Source: Ignavibacteriota bacterium (lineage in GTDB: Bacteria; Bacteroidota; Ignavibacteria; UBA10030). From it: a stretch of DNA of 64,000 bases. Made by a program: the position numbers and the translations under genes. Location: contig OY969585.1 in NCBI GenBank assembly GCA_963701295.1, positions 1,440,001 through 1,504,000 of the forward strand. Reading direction: 5' to 3'. Shown piece by piece: positions 21,526-32,103 of the stretch. The number at the start of each line of letters is the position of its first letter. The stretch's first letter is position 1. Below the pieces are notes generated by a model. It saw only the letters and a program-made list of their open reading frames with translations, had not been told where the DNA came from and did no database searches.

Positions 21526-21554
21526 TTTCGACTGTTTAACTAATATAGTCGAAA
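21526..21554. promoter_or_regulatory. Candidate TetR operator (TTTCGACT-N13-AGTCGAAA)
   Basis: Inverted repeat immediately 5' of the tetR start and RBS. Confidence 0.55.
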
Positions 21555-21562
21555 GGTCAATC

Positions 21563-22183
21563 ATGGAAAATAAGCTTTCGAGAGACAAAGAAGAACTCAT
21601 TTTGCATGCCGCCCAGCGCCGGTTTGCCGCGTATAGTTACTCAAAAGTGACCATGGACGAGATTGCCGATGACATCGGCATGGCAAAAGCTTCTCTCTAT
21701 TATTACTTCCCTACAAAGGAAGCAATTTTCCGGTCAGTGGTTCAGCATGAACAGGAAGAGTTTCTCGCCCAGGCAAAAGAAGTCCTTGCACTTAGTGGTT
21801 CAGCATGCAATAAGATGGTTGAATATGTTCGCCTCCGGATGAAGTTGACTGAACGGCTCAGCAATCTCAGCCAGATTCATCAGCAGGCATGGCACGATGT
21901 CAAACCGATCTTTCAGGAACTCTTCAAGACATTCATTCAGCATGAGCTTCAATATGTAACACAAATCCTTCAGGAAGGCAAGAAATCAGGTGAGTTTCAT
22001 CTTGAAGAACCCAAAAAAAATGCATCCATGATTTTGCACGTCCTGCAAGGACTTCATCTCAGATTCTTTCAAGGATATGATCAACAAGCAATCAGTGAAT
22101 CGGAACATGAGTTATTTGAATATGAAACTCTACTTTTTGTAAATACCATTCTTCTCGGTCTTTGCAAGAAATTAAAACATTAA
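21563..22183 (+). CDS. TetR/AcrR family regulator of the efflux operon
   Basis: HTH ILHAAQRRF...TMDEIADDIGMAKASLYYYFPTKE. ATG at 21563 with GAAAGG RBS. Confidence 0.92.
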   Translation: MENKLSRDKEELILHAAQRRFAAYSYSKVTMDEIADDIGMAKASLYYYFPTKEAIFRSVVQHEQEEFLAQAKEVLALSGSACNKMVEYVRLRMKLTERLSNLSQIHQQAWHDVKPIFQELFKTFIQHELQYVTQILQEGKKSGEFHLEEPKKNASMILHVLQGLHLRFFQGYDQQAISESEHELFEYETLLFVNTILLGLCKKLKH

Positions 22184-22205
22184 TACAGCGAAAGGATATT
22201 CTTTT

Positions 22206-23219
22206 ATGCCACAGCAAGACGACAAAGTTGTAAAACAAAAACCTCAATTATCCGAGCAACGTGAAATCAATACTACGAACGGAAACGATGCAGCGCCGAT
22301 TGAATCGGTGCCCCTCTACAGAAATGTAAAAGTAGTTATACCGCTTTTTCTTGTAGTACTGGCGATTGCCATTTTTGCATGGCAGTATTATGTGACGTTA
22401 CGCGACTTTGTCTCGACGGACGATGCATACATAGACGCAGACAGGGTTTCTGTCAGTGCGAAAATACTCGGGAGGATAGATCAACTGACCGTCGACGAAG
22501 GAGATTCAGTTCGGCAAGGACAAATTCTGGTAAGGTTGGATGACAGCGACTTGCGTGCGCAGGAAGCACAGGCGAAAGCCTCGCTCGCGTTTGCCCGGGA
22601 AAATATATCACTTGCAAAAGTTAACTTGGAGAAAGCGCAGCTGGATTATCAGCGGGCATTGTCACAATTTAACCAGAACATTATTCCAAAAGAGCAGTAT
22701 GACCATGCGCAAAGCGAATTTGAATCGACCAAGGCGCGGCTCAATATTGCCAATGCGCAGACAGCAGCCGCACAGGCACAGCTTGGCGTGATCCAAACAC
22801 AATTGACGAACACCGTGATCGAATCACCGATGACAGGTGTTGTTTCTAAGCGCTGGGTTTTGACAGGTGATGTTGTGCAGCCCGGTCAATCTATTTTCAC
22901 AATCTATAATGTGAAAGACGTTTGGGTGACGGCAAACCTGGAAGAGACGAGTCTGTCTAATTTGCGCCTCGGTGATAAAGTGGACATAAGCGTTGACACC
23001 TATCCCAATATAAAATTTATCGGGACTATTCTACGTCTCGGTTCCAATACAGCATCGCAGTTTTCTTTGATTCCACCTAATAACGCATCCGGGAATTTCA
23101 CAAAGGTAACCCAGCGTGTTCCGATAAAGATCTCTATCGAAAAGGTAGACAGCGATCATTCTCAACATGTCGAATTACTGCCCGGTATGTCGGTTGAAGT
23201 CAAGGTGAAGGTTCGTTGA
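22206..23219 (+). CDS. emrA: EmrA/HlyD-family periplasmic adaptor
   Basis: STDDAY; FSLIPPNNASGNFTKVTQRVP; LLPGMSV. Confidence 0.92.
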   Translation: MPQQDDKVVKQKPQLSEQREINTTNGNDAAPIESVPLYRNVKVVIPLFLVVLAIAIFAWQYYVTLRDFVSTDDAYIDADRVSVSAKILGRIDQLTVDEGDSVRQGQILVRLDDSDLRAQEAQAKASLAFARENISLAKVNLEKAQLDYQRALSQFNQNIIPKEQYDHAQSEFESTKARLNIANAQTAAAQAQLGVIQTQLTNTVIESPMTGVVSKRWVLTGDVVQPGQSIFTIYNVKDVWVTANLEETSLSNLRLGDKVDISVDTYPNIKFIGTILRLGSNTASQFSLIPPNNASGNFTKVTQRVPIKISIEKVDSDHSQHVELLPGMSVEVKVKVR

Positions 23220-23221
23220 CT

Positions 23222-24841
23222 ATGTTTTCAGGAATAACACATCGTTTGAAATTAGGGTTTACTCATCGTGTACCGTCACTTCATCATGAACATACCTCGT
23301 ACCGCTGGTGGGTTCTGGCGAACGTGATGATCGGCACTTTTATGGCAGTGCTCGATGCCACGATCGTGGATGTTTCCTTATCGAAAATTATGGCATCGTT
23401 CGGAATTACTGTTGATAAAGCCGAATGGGTGATTACCGCATACATGCTGGTCTTTGCAGTCATGCTCCCGACATCGGGATGGATCGCAGATCACTTTGGA
23501 TATAAGAGAACTTATTTTTTAGCATTATCATTGTTTACTTTAGGTTCATTTCTCTGCGGGCAGGCTTGGAATGAAAATATGCTTATCATTTTTAGAATCG
23601 TTCAGGCGTGCGGCGCGGGATTGATAATGCCAACCGGCATGGCGATTGTGACTCGCGAATTTCCACCCCAGCAGCGCGGAGTTGCGCTTGGGTTCTGGGC
23701 TATTGCAGCAGCAGCTTCCGTTTCGCTCGGTCCAATGATAGGAGGATATCTCATTGATAATATAAATTGGAATGCAATTTTTAATGTGAATGTACCTGTT
23801 GGCATTATGGGTTTGTTTGCAACGGCGGTCATTCAGCGTGAATATAAAACGGAGCGCACGAGGTCGTTTGACGTGATTGGATTCGTATCGATGGCAACGT
23901 TTCTTTGTGCGCTTCTGCTGGCATTGACGGATGGCAATGCTTCGTGGAATACCGGCGGGTGGTCGTCTCCGTTTATCACTTCGTGTTTTGTTATATCGGC
24001 ATTCGGGCTTATTGTGTTCTTAGTGACGGAACTTACCATTGAACATCCGCTCATTGACTTGAGTTTGCTCAAGGATTTTAATTTTAGCGTAGCAAACGGT
24101 ATTCTCTTTATTTTCGGATTCGGGATGTTCGGCAGCACATTTTTGCTTCCTCTGTATCTCCAGCTGTCGATGGGATATACGGCATTTCAGGCAGGCTCGC
24201 TGTTTTTACCTGTCGGTATCCTTCAAGCGATCACCGCTCCGATTTCCGGCTTTCTGTCGGATAAGGTAAATCCCAAAATTCCTGCTGTTATCGGCATTAC
24301 ATTATTGGCATTGAGCCTTTTCATCAACAGTTCATTGTCTTTGTATTCGGAACGTCATCAGATTATGCTGGCACTGTACATCCGCGGATTTGCCATGGGA
24401 TTGATGTTCACGCCTCTTTCAATGACGGCGCTTTCCAATATTCCGCGGCACAAAATTGGGCAGGCATCCGGGTTATTTAATGTCATTCGGCAATTAGGCG
24501 GGAGCTTCGGCATTGCTTTTATGAGCACATTGCTGCTGCGGCGTACAATTTATCATACAGCAGCATACAGCCAGGTCGTGAACTCTCAATCAGATGCGTT
24601 TCAACAAACTGCACAACATTTAGCGCGTTTCAGCATGAATGCGGTTGGCGGAAATCAATCTCTTGCAGTGATGCGTGCTCATGCTCTTATTGCCTCGCAC
24701 ATTTCTACCCAGGCGTTTATCCGTGCTGTTGGTGACGACTTTTTGGTGGCATCGATTATCACTATTGCTGCGCTTGTCCCCATTTTATTCCTTCGTGTAC
24801 GAAAACGAGAGAAATCCGAACATGTATCGGTAATGGAATAA
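23222..24841 (+). CDS. emrB: DHA2/EmrB MFS efflux permease, copy 1
   Basis: GTFMAVLDATIV, WVITAYML, GPMIGGY; 14-TM pattern. Start at 23216 (TTG) or 23222 (ATG). Confidence 0.92.
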   Translation: MFSGITHRLKLGFTHRVPSLHHEHTSYRWWVLANVMIGTFMAVLDATIVDVSLSKIMASFGITVDKAEWVITAYMLVFAVMLPTSGWIADHFGYKRTYFLALSLFTLGSFLCGQAWNENMLIIFRIVQACGAGLIMPTGMAIVTREFPPQQRGVALGFWAIAAAASVSLGPMIGGYLIDNINWNAIFNVNVPVGIMGLFATAVIQREYKTERTRSFDVIGFVSMATFLCALLLALTDGNASWNTGGWSSPFITSCFVISAFGLIVFLVTELTIEHPLIDLSLLKDFNFSVANGILFIFGFGMFGSTFLLPLYLQLSMGYTAFQAGSLFLPVGILQAITAPISGFLSDKVNPKIPAVIGITLLALSLFINSSLSLYSERHQIMLALYIRGFAMGLMFTPLSMTALSNIPRHKIGQASGLFNVIRQLGGSFGIAFMSTLLLRRTIYHTAAYSQVVNSQSDAFQQTAQHLARFSMNAVGGNQSLAVMRAHALIASHISTQAFIRAVGDDFLVASIITIAALVPILFLRVRKREKSEHVSVME

Positions 24842-24888
24842 AAAAATTTCAATAACAAAGACAGGATTATACAAAAGACTGAAAAAAA

Positions 24889-25017
24889 ATGAATAGAATG
24901 AAAATAGTTTTATCGGTAGTCTTTCTTCTCGACGGTGTTGCCGCAGGTCAAGATTCGATGACAGTCGAACAGGCCGTTCAGAGAGTCCTTCGAATTACTG
25001 CCCGGCATGTCGGTTGA
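24889..25017 (+). pseudogene. Chimeric remnant: tolC 5' end (34 codons) fused to an out-of-frame emrA 3' end
   Basis: Translates as MNRMKIVLSVVFLLDGVAAGQDSMTVEQAVQRVL-RITARHVG*. The first part matches 26708 onward; from 24991 it matches 23171 onward. Confidence 0.9.
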
Positions 25018-25041
25018 AGTCAAGGTAAGGGTTCACTAATC

Positions 25042-26661
25042 ATGTTTTCAGGAAAAACACATCGGTTGAAACAAGGTTTTATCAGCCGTCTACCGTCGCT
25101 TCACCACGAACACACCTCGTACCGCTGGTGGATTTTGGCGAACGTGATGATCGGTACTTTCATGGCTGTGCTCGATGCTACGATCGTGAATGTTGCCTTG
25201 CCGAAAATTATGTCGTCGTTCGGAATTACTGTCGATAAGGCCGAATGGGTGATTACCGCATACATGCTGGTCCTTGCTGTCATGCTCCCGACATCCGGAT
25301 GGATCGCAGATCACTTCGGATACAAGAGAACATATTTTTTAGCGTTGTTCTTGTTTACAGCCGGCTCGTTTCTCTGCGGGCTGGCATGGAATGAAAATGT
25401 GCTCATCATTTTCAGAATCGTTCAGGCAAGCGGCGCAGGATTGCTGATGCCGACCGGCATGGCGATTATAACCCGTGAATTTCCGCTGCAACAGCGCGGC
25501 GTTGCGCTTGGGTTCTGGTCTATTGCAGCAGCAGCTTCCGTATCGCTCGGTCCAATGATAGGAGGATATCTCATTGATAATCTTAATTGGTATACAATTT
25601 TTAACATAAATGTACCGATCGGGATAATCGCTTTATTCGCAACGATGGTCATTCAACGTGAATATAAAACAGAGCGCACACGGTCGTTTGATGTGATTGG
25701 ATTCATATCGATGGCAACGTTTCTTTGTGCGCTGATGCTGGCACTGACGGATGGCAATGCTTCGTGGAATACCGGCGGGTGGTCTTCGCCGTTTATCGTT
25801 TCGTGTTTTGTTATATCAGCGTTCGCACTTGCCGTGTTCTTAATGACGGAATTTACAATTGAACATCCGCTCATTGACTTGCGCTTGTTCAAGGATTTTA
25901 ATTTTAGCGTAGCAAATAGTATTCTCTTCATTTTTGGACTCGGGATGTTCGGCAGCACATTTTTGCTTCCCCTGTATCTCCAGTTATCGCTGGGATACAC
26001 GGCATTTCAGGCAGGCGTGATTTTTTTGCCTGTCGGTATCCTTCAAGCGATCACTGCTCCGATTTCCGGCCTGCTGTCGGATAAGATAAATCCTAAAGTT
26101 CCAGCGGGTATTGGCATTATATTATTGGCATTAAGCCTTTTCCTCAACAGTTCATTGTCTTTGTATTCGGAACACCATCAGATTATGCTTCCACTCTACA
26201 TCCGCGGATTTGCCATGGGATTGATGTTCACACCTCTTTCGATGGCGGCGCTTTCCAATATACCTCGGCACAAAATCGGCCAGGCATCCGGGTTATTCAA
26301 TGTTATTCGGCAATTGGGCGGGAGCTTCGGTATTGCATTTATGAGCACATTGCTGCTGAGGCGTTCCATTTATCACATGTCAACATATAGCGAGGTTGTG
26401 AATCAACAATCGGATGCATTTCGTCAGGTTGCGCAGCATTTGACGCGTTTTAGTATGAATGCAGTTGGCGGGAACCAATCTCTTGCAGCGATGCGCGCCA
26501 CAGCGTTAATTGCATCGCACATTTCTACTCAGGCATTTATCCGTGCTGTTTGCGACGACTTTTTGGTAGCATCGATTATCACTATTGCTGCGCTTGCTCC
26601 CATTTTATTCATCCGTGTACGAAAACGAAATAAATCTGAACATATATCGGTAATGGAATAA
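25042..26661 (+). CDS. emrB: DHA2/EmrB MFS efflux permease, copy 2
   Basis: Close paralog of 23222-24841 at an 1820-bp offset. Confidence 0.92.
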   Translation: MFSGKTHRLKQGFISRLPSLHHEHTSYRWWILANVMIGTFMAVLDATIVNVALPKIMSSFGITVDKAEWVITAYMLVLAVMLPTSGWIADHFGYKRTYFLALFLFTAGSFLCGLAWNENVLIIFRIVQASGAGLLMPTGMAIITREFPLQQRGVALGFWSIAAAASVSLGPMIGGYLIDNLNWYTIFNINVPIGIIALFATMVIQREYKTERTRSFDVIGFISMATFLCALMLALTDGNASWNTGGWSSPFIVSCFVISAFALAVFLMTEFTIEHPLIDLRLFKDFNFSVANSILFIFGLGMFGSTFLLPLYLQLSLGYTAFQAGVIFLPVGILQAITAPISGLLSDKINPKVPAGIGIILLALSLFLNSSLSLYSEHHQIMLPLYIRGFAMGLMFTPLSMAALSNIPRHKIGQASGLFNVIRQLGGSFGIAFMSTLLLRRSIYHMSTYSEVVNQQSDAFRQVAQHLTRFSMNAVGGNQSLAAMRATALIASHISTQAFIRAVCDDFLVASIITIAALAPILFIRVRKRNKSEHISVME

Positions 26662-26707
26662 AAAAATTTCAATAACAAAGACAAGATTATACAAAGGACT
26701 GAAAAAT

Positions 26708-28006
26708 ATGAATAGAATGAAAATAGTTTTATCGGTAGTCTTTCTTCTCAACGGTGTTGCCGCAGGTCAAGATTCGATGACAGTTGAACAAGCTGTTCAA
26801 CGAGTTCTCCAAACCCACCCGGCTATTGAACAAGGATTGGCTAATACACGTGCCGCCGAAGCGCGTGTCCAACAAACATCAAGTATGCGCATGCCGGATG
26901 CAGACATTGAAGCATCGTATGCTTACCTCGGTCCCCCTATTCCTTTTTATTTCGGAGTTTTGGGGCCATTTCAGTTTTATCCAAACAATAATTATGACGC
27001 TCATGTCGGAGCTGGTTATATGCTGTACGATTTCGGGAAGACAAGTGCTGTCATCGACGCAGCACAATCTCACGTTCAATCTGCGCGGAATATGGTTGAG
27101 TTAACAAAAAACGGATTGGGTTATCAAACCATTCGAACATTTTATACGATATTGTTTCTCCAAAAATCAATCCAGGTGGCGGATGAACAAATTGAAACGT
27201 TCAACGAACATCTCTCTCTTACTCGGAAAAAGGTCAACGTCGGAACTGCGACAAGTTTCGATGTCCTGACAACTGAAGTTCGTGTCGCCTCTGCTCAGAA
27301 TCAAAAAGTAGAATTGGAAAATTCTCTACACCAGCAAGAATCTATATTGCGCCAGTTACTCGGTGAAAAAGAAGCATCTCCGATTACACTTGTCGGCGAA
27401 TTTACAATGACTCCTGTAGCGCTAAATGCCGATTCACTTATAGAACAAGCATTCGCACAGCGCGTGGAACTGAAACTTGATCGGAATGCTCAAACGACTG
27501 CCGACCTCCAGTATAAAGTGGCATCCCGCAGCAATGTACCGTCACTCCATATCAACGCAGACTACGGCATAAAGAACGGGCTCTATTTTCCCGACCTTAA
27601 CGTCATTCGCGGTAATTGGGCTCTTGGCGCACAAGTACGCGTGCCTGTGTTCGACGGCTATCGCGTTGACCATATGGAAGAAGAAGCGCAAGCGATGATA
27701 CGTGCGGAACAGGCGCATGCGCAAAATACGGAACGGCAAATTCGATCAGATGTTGAACAGTCCGTGGCTGATGTTCAGGCATCGTGGTCGAATGTTCAAA
27801 TTTCAGACGTGCAGCTTCAGCAGGCACATGAAGCGGTCGCTATCGCACGAACGCGGTACGAGACGGGTTCTATTACTAACCTTGATCTTTTGGATGCAGA
27901 GACTGCCGAATCGACATCAAAGCTTATGAGTTTACAAGCACTCTATCGCTACGTCATCAGCAAATATGAGCTTGAACATGCGGTTGGCGCATCGTTTTCT
28001 TATTGA
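26708..28006 (+). CDS. TolC-family outer membrane efflux protein
   Basis: Signal peptide; repeated OEP motifs (GTATSFDVL, RYETGSITNLDLLDAE); position in the efflux operon. Confidence 0.9.
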   Translation: MNRMKIVLSVVFLLNGVAAGQDSMTVEQAVQRVLQTHPAIEQGLANTRAAEARVQQTSSMRMPDADIEASYAYLGPPIPFYFGVLGPFQFYPNNNYDAHVGAGYMLYDFGKTSAVIDAAQSHVQSARNMVELTKNGLGYQTIRTFYTILFLQKSIQVADEQIETFNEHLSLTRKKVNVGTATSFDVLTTEVRVASAQNQKVELENSLHQQESILRQLLGEKEASPITLVGEFTMTPVALNADSLIEQAFAQRVELKLDRNAQTTADLQYKVASRSNVPSLHINADYGIKNGLYFPDLNVIRGNWALGAQVRVPVFDGYRVDHMEEEAQAMIRAEQAHAQNTERQIRSDVEQSVADVQASWSNVQISDVQLQQAHEAVAIARTRYETGSITNLDLLDAETAESTSKLMSLQALYRYVISKYELEHAVGASFSY

Positions 28007-28016
28007 CACATAGGTT

Positions 28017-29495
28017 CTAGTAAACATTTTCCAATTCGAACCACCGCTGAACAATTTTATGATTGGATTCCGAAAACCTTTTATGTGAGAATTCATTGGT
28101 GTGTACATTGTATTTGTAATCTCTCTCCCACTTCCGGACGTTCTTACGCAATGATTGCAATGCACTCAGAATCTCAGCAACTTCGTCATCGGTTGTGGTC
28201 GGATGAATGGACAGTCGCACCCAGCCGGGTTTGGTTGAGAAATCGCCGTGATCGATACGGTTTGTTATCTCGTCTGAATGCCGTGGATCAACATGAAGTA
28301 AATAATGTCCATAAGTGCCCGCACAATCACATCCGCCTCGAACTTGAATACCAAATCGATCGTTGAGAATTCTTACGACAAGATTGTAATGGATATCGTC
28401 AAAATAAAATGAAATTATTCCAAGTCGATCTTCGATATTATCTGCAAGAATCTTTAGACCGGATATTGTGCGCATTTCTTTTAGGAGAACGGGAATAATT
28501 TCTTTTTCCCGCTTGAGCATTTTTTTAACATTCATTTGATCCTTCAATTCCACTGTCAGAGCCGAACGAATTGCCTGCAGAAATCCCGGTGTGCCGCCGT
28601 CTTCTCGCTCTTCGATGTCGGGCTTGTAGCGATAAATTCCCCATGGGTTTGTCCAGAGAACAGTTCCGCCGCCGGGCTGATCGGGAGATTTGAGATCGTA
28701 CAATTCGGAATCAAATACCATCACACCTGATGAACCAGGACCACCTAAGAATTTATGGGGTGAGAAGAATATCGCATCCAACCGTTCCATCGGATCGGTG
28801 GGGTGCATGTTGATGTTCACATACGGAGCAGACGCTGCAAAATCTACAAAACAGATTCCGTTGTGTTCATGCATCATTCTTGCGAACTGATGGTACTGTG
28901 TCTGAATACCGGTCACATTGGAACATGCTGTGAACGAACCGATTTTGAGCGGACGATCCTTATACTTGTGAAGAGATTCCTGTAAATGATTAACATCAAC
29001 AAGTCCCTCTTGTGTCGGTAGAATAACACAAACATCTGCAATCGTTTCATACCACGATGTATGATTGGAATGATGCTCCATATGCGTTACGAAGACAATC
29101 GGTCTCTTCTCGGGAGGGATGGAAACAAATTGTTCCAGCTGATCCGGATATTTCAATCCTAACATTCTTTGAAACTTGATCAGTGCAGCGGTCATGCCAA
29201 ATCCGACATTCAACAAAGCATCTTTCGGTCCTGCGTTTACATGCCGTTTGATGATTTCATGCGCCTGATGGTATGCGTGTGTCATCATCGTGCTGGTGAT
29301 GTTTGTTTCCGTGTGTGTGTTGCCGACAAACGGGCCGAACTCCTTGAATATTTTCTGCTCGATAGGAGCGTAGAGCCTTCCACTTGCAGTCCAATCTGCG
29401 TACACGATATTTTTCCTGCCGTACGGTGTTTTAAAGATTTGCCGCAATCCGACAATATTCTTGCGGAAGGGAGAAAAATATTTTTCGAGATTCAT
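28017..29495 (-). CDS. Aminotransferase class V PLP enzyme (cysteine desulfurase-like)
   Basis: YADWTASGR, EHHSN, SNVTG, SPHKFLGG, RGGCDCAG. ATG at 29495 (ORF track begins at 29519). Confidence 0.88.
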   Translation of the reverse strand: MNLEKYFSPFRKNIVGLRQIFKTPYGRKNIVYADWTASGRLYAPIEQKIFKEFGPFVGNTHTETNITSTMMTHAYHQAHEIIKRHVNAGPKDALLNVGFGMTAALIKFQRMLGLKYPDQLEQFVSIPPEKRPIVFVTHMEHHSNHTSWYETIADVCVILPTQEGLVDVNHLQESLHKYKDRPLKIGSFTACSNVTGIQTQYHQFARMMHEHNGICFVDFAASAPYVNINMHPTDPMERLDAIFFSPHKFLGGPGSSGVMVFDSELYDLKSPDQPGGGTVLWTNPWGIYRYKPDIEEREDGGTPGFLQAIRSALTVELKDQMNVKKMLKREKEIIPVLLKEMRTISGLKILADNIEDRLGIISFYFDDIHYNLVVRILNDRFGIQVRGGCDCAGTYGHYLLHVDPRHSDEITNRIDHGDFSTKPGWVRLSIHPTTTDDEVAEILSALQSLRKNVRKWERDYKYNVHTNEFSHKRFSESNHKIVQRWFELENVY

Positions 29496-29559
29496 ACGAT
29501 TGCTTCTTTCATATATCACAAGGCAGGGATGTTCAATTGAACGTCCTTATAAGCCAAAA

Positions 29560-30831
29560 TTATACATGCGCTAATGCTTGATCCAAATCCCAGATAATAT
29601 CTTCCGTCGCTTCTACCCCCACCGATAGACGTACGAGATTGTCAGCGATTCCAAATTCTTTTCGCTTATGCGGTTCTACGGCAGAATGTGTCATTGCTGC
29701 TGGATGTTCAGCAAGCGATTCGGTGCCACCTAAACTGACAGCAAGTTTCACCATCTTCAATGAATCAAGAAAACGGAACGATGCTTGTTCGCCACCTTTG
29801 ACGAGAAAGCTGATCATTGCTCCGGGTGAGAGACATTGTTTTTTATAGACAATGTACTGCGGATCATCCTCTTTCAGTAACCCAAGGTATAATACTTTTT
29901 CAACTTTGGGATGTGTTGAGAGCCAGAGACCAATTTCTTGTGCACTCTGTGCAGCAGTCGTCATACGCATCTTGAGCGTCTCAAGGCTCCGCAGGAGCAG
30001 CCAGCCCGTCAGCGGACTCGCCATTGATCCGAAAACACTGCGCATAGATTTGACGCGGTTGATCAATTCTTTTGATCCGAGACATGCACCGGCAACGACA
30101 TCGCAATGACCGCCGATATACTTGGTTGCCGAATACAAAACAAGGTCAATACCATGCTTCAAAGGGTGTTGAAAAATAGGACCAAGAAAAGTGTTATCCA
30201 ATGCCGTCAGAACTTTGCGGTCCTTAGTAGAAAAATGTTTTGCAATGTCTACACACATTTCGATATCGATGAGGCAGTTCGTCGGATTGGCAGGAGTTTC
30301 TAAAAAGATCATCCCAAGTTTGTTTGTTGCGCCACCTCGTTCCACCATATCGATGATTTGTTGCCGCGTGTGCTGTACACCAAAATTAATAGTCTTAATG
30401 CCGAATTTTGCTAGCACGGCTTCAAAAAGATATTCCGTGCCTCCATAAATAGGTTCGCTGCTCAGGAGAACATCACCTGGCTTCAGTAGCTCAAGCACTG
30501 CTGTACTGATTGCTGCCATTCCGCTGTCAAACACGGCGCATGCTTCTGCATTGTCCCAAACAGTAAGACGGTCTTCGAGAATCTCCAGATCCGGGTTGTT
30601 GATGCGGCTGTAAATGAGTCCGGCGCCATGTGTACCCGGCTCACGCACCCCGTGTGCCATTTCGAAGAATTCCTTACCGTCTCTAGCATTTTCAAAGACA
30701 AACGTAGAAGTCTGAAAAATGGGACACTTTACGGCTCCTTCCGACCACTCGGGTTTATATCCATATCCCATCATCAGAGTCTCGGGTTTCAAAATTTTCT
30801 TTTTTCCGTTGGAAATAAGTTCTTTATCCAT
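29560..30831 (-). CDS. Cys/Met metabolism PLP enzyme (cystathionine gamma-synthase/methionine gamma-lyase family)
   Basis: PIFQTSTF, YSRINNP, SGMAAI, ETPANP, SATKYIGGH, AVSLGG.ESL. ATG at 30831 with GAGG RBS. Confidence 0.9.
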   Translation of the reverse strand: MDKELISNGKKKILKPETLMMGYGYKPEWSEGAVKCPIFQTSTFVFENARDGKEFFEMAHGVREPGTHGAGLIYSRINNPDLEILEDRLTVWDNAEACAVFDSGMAAISTAVLELLKPGDVLLSSEPIYGGTEYLFEAVLAKFGIKTINFGVQHTRQQIIDMVERGGATNKLGMIFLETPANPTNCLIDIEMCVDIAKHFSTKDRKVLTALDNTFLGPIFQHPLKHGIDLVLYSATKYIGGHCDVVAGACLGSKELINRVKSMRSVFGSMASPLTGWLLLRSLETLKMRMTTAAQSAQEIGLWLSTHPKVEKVLYLGLLKEDDPQYIVYKKQCLSPGAMISFLVKGGEQASFRFLDSLKMVKLAVSLGGTESLAEHPAAMTHSAVEPHKRKEFGIADNLVRLSVGVEATEDIIWDLDQALAHV

Positions 30832-31095
30832 AAAGCACCTCGTTAGATTTAGGTGAGACAAATATTGTGGCAAAAGGTACGAGAATATTTTTAAAAATCA
30901 ATTGCCGTGAGAATGACTTGATTCTCCGTTGATGCATTCGTAAGTTCTACAGTATTAATTTGGAATCTATGTTATTTGGAAAGAGGCTTTTTTGATACAT
31001 ACTTCAATTATTTTTTAGATTTCCACAATAAAAGGATGTTAAAATATCTCCAATAACAAGAGTATCCACTATCACACATCAAGAGGAGTAATACC

Positions 31096-32103
31096 ATGAA
31101 TCCTCCGTTCCCACCATTAACACTAGGCGATATCTTCGAGAAAACATTTTCACTCATCGGGAAGACATTTTTTCGCAATCTTTGTATTGCAGTACTCATT
31201 CTTTTGTTTCCAATCATTCTTATGGCAATCGCTACAGATGATTTTTATTCATCCCTTGCCGATATGCAGTATTCAATTCATCAACAGCAAAGTGAGCCTG
31301 GATTAGATATGCTAGTATCGATTCTTAGTATGCTCTCTTTTTTCTTAATAGCAACTCTTGTTTTTGCACTTGGTGTTCTTTTTGCAGAGATCGCCATTAG
31401 TATTGTTGTAAGCAATGAAATATTGTCTCATCGAATTACGTTCTTGGATGCATTAAGTGAATTGTTTGATCTCAAATGGTTGTATGGTATCGGACAAGCA
31501 GTTCTGAAATTTTTCATCTTCGTCGGCGGGATAATAATCCTGAGTATCATACTGGCAATTTTTGCCGCTCTATCGAAACTGCTCATGGGATTGATCGCTG
31601 TTCTTTGTTTGCTCGTTCTCATCCCGGTCATCGCCTATATTGCTTTAAAGTGGTACTTTTCACTCACTGCTATAGCGGTGGACGATCTCACCGTCATAGA
31701 ATCGTTGCGAGCGAGCTGGTATTTAGTCGAGGGGTATTGGTGGAGGACCTTTGGTATACTGTTGCTTCTTTCCATTCTTACGCAATTTGCTATCTCTATT
31801 GTATCATTGCCAATTACTTTCGGAAGTATGTGGGATGTATACAAAGAATATTTTACTATGCTCGGAAAAACTGGCGGAAATATTAATCCAGAAATGTTAA
31901 AAAATTTGGAAAGATCATTTGGACCAGGAATTGCTATCGGGAGTGGTATCAGCGCTTTACTCTCCTTGTTGGTTACTCCAGTCTATATGGTTGTACTATA
32001 CTATGATTTGCGGGCGCGTGAAAACAGCGGTACAACAATTCAGCAAAATCCAACTGTTATTCAAGATGCTTCACAGGAGCCGATTGACTTAGGGCAGCTT
32101 TGA
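31096..32103 (+). CDS. Multi-pass membrane protein (GDPD membrane-anchor-like)
   Basis: Hydrophobic helices; SLRASWYLVEGYWWRTFG and YYDLRARE motifs. Confidence 0.65.
   Translation: MNPPFPPLTLGDIFEKTFSLIGKTFFRNLCIAVLILLFPIILMAIATDDFYSSLADMQYSIHQQQSEPGLDMLVSILSMLSFFLIATLVFALGVLFAEIAISIVVSNEILSHRITFLDALSELFDLKWLYGIGQAVLKFFIFVGGIIILSIILAIFAALSKLLMGLIAVLCLLVLIPVIAYIALKWYFSLTAIAVDDLTVIESLRASWYLVEGYWWRTFGILLLLSILTQFAISIVSLPITFGSMWDVYKEYFTMLGKTGGNINPEMLKNLERSFGPGIAIGSGISALLSLLVTPVYMVVLYYDLRARENSGTTIQQNPTVIQDASQEPIDLGQL

Noticed and set aside
20216-26661. Diversity-generating retroelement (Avd-like gene plus near-duplicate sequences)
   Set aside because: No reverse transcriptase. Differences between the emrB copies involve all four bases and span whole genes, so they are not an adenine-specific TR/VR pair.
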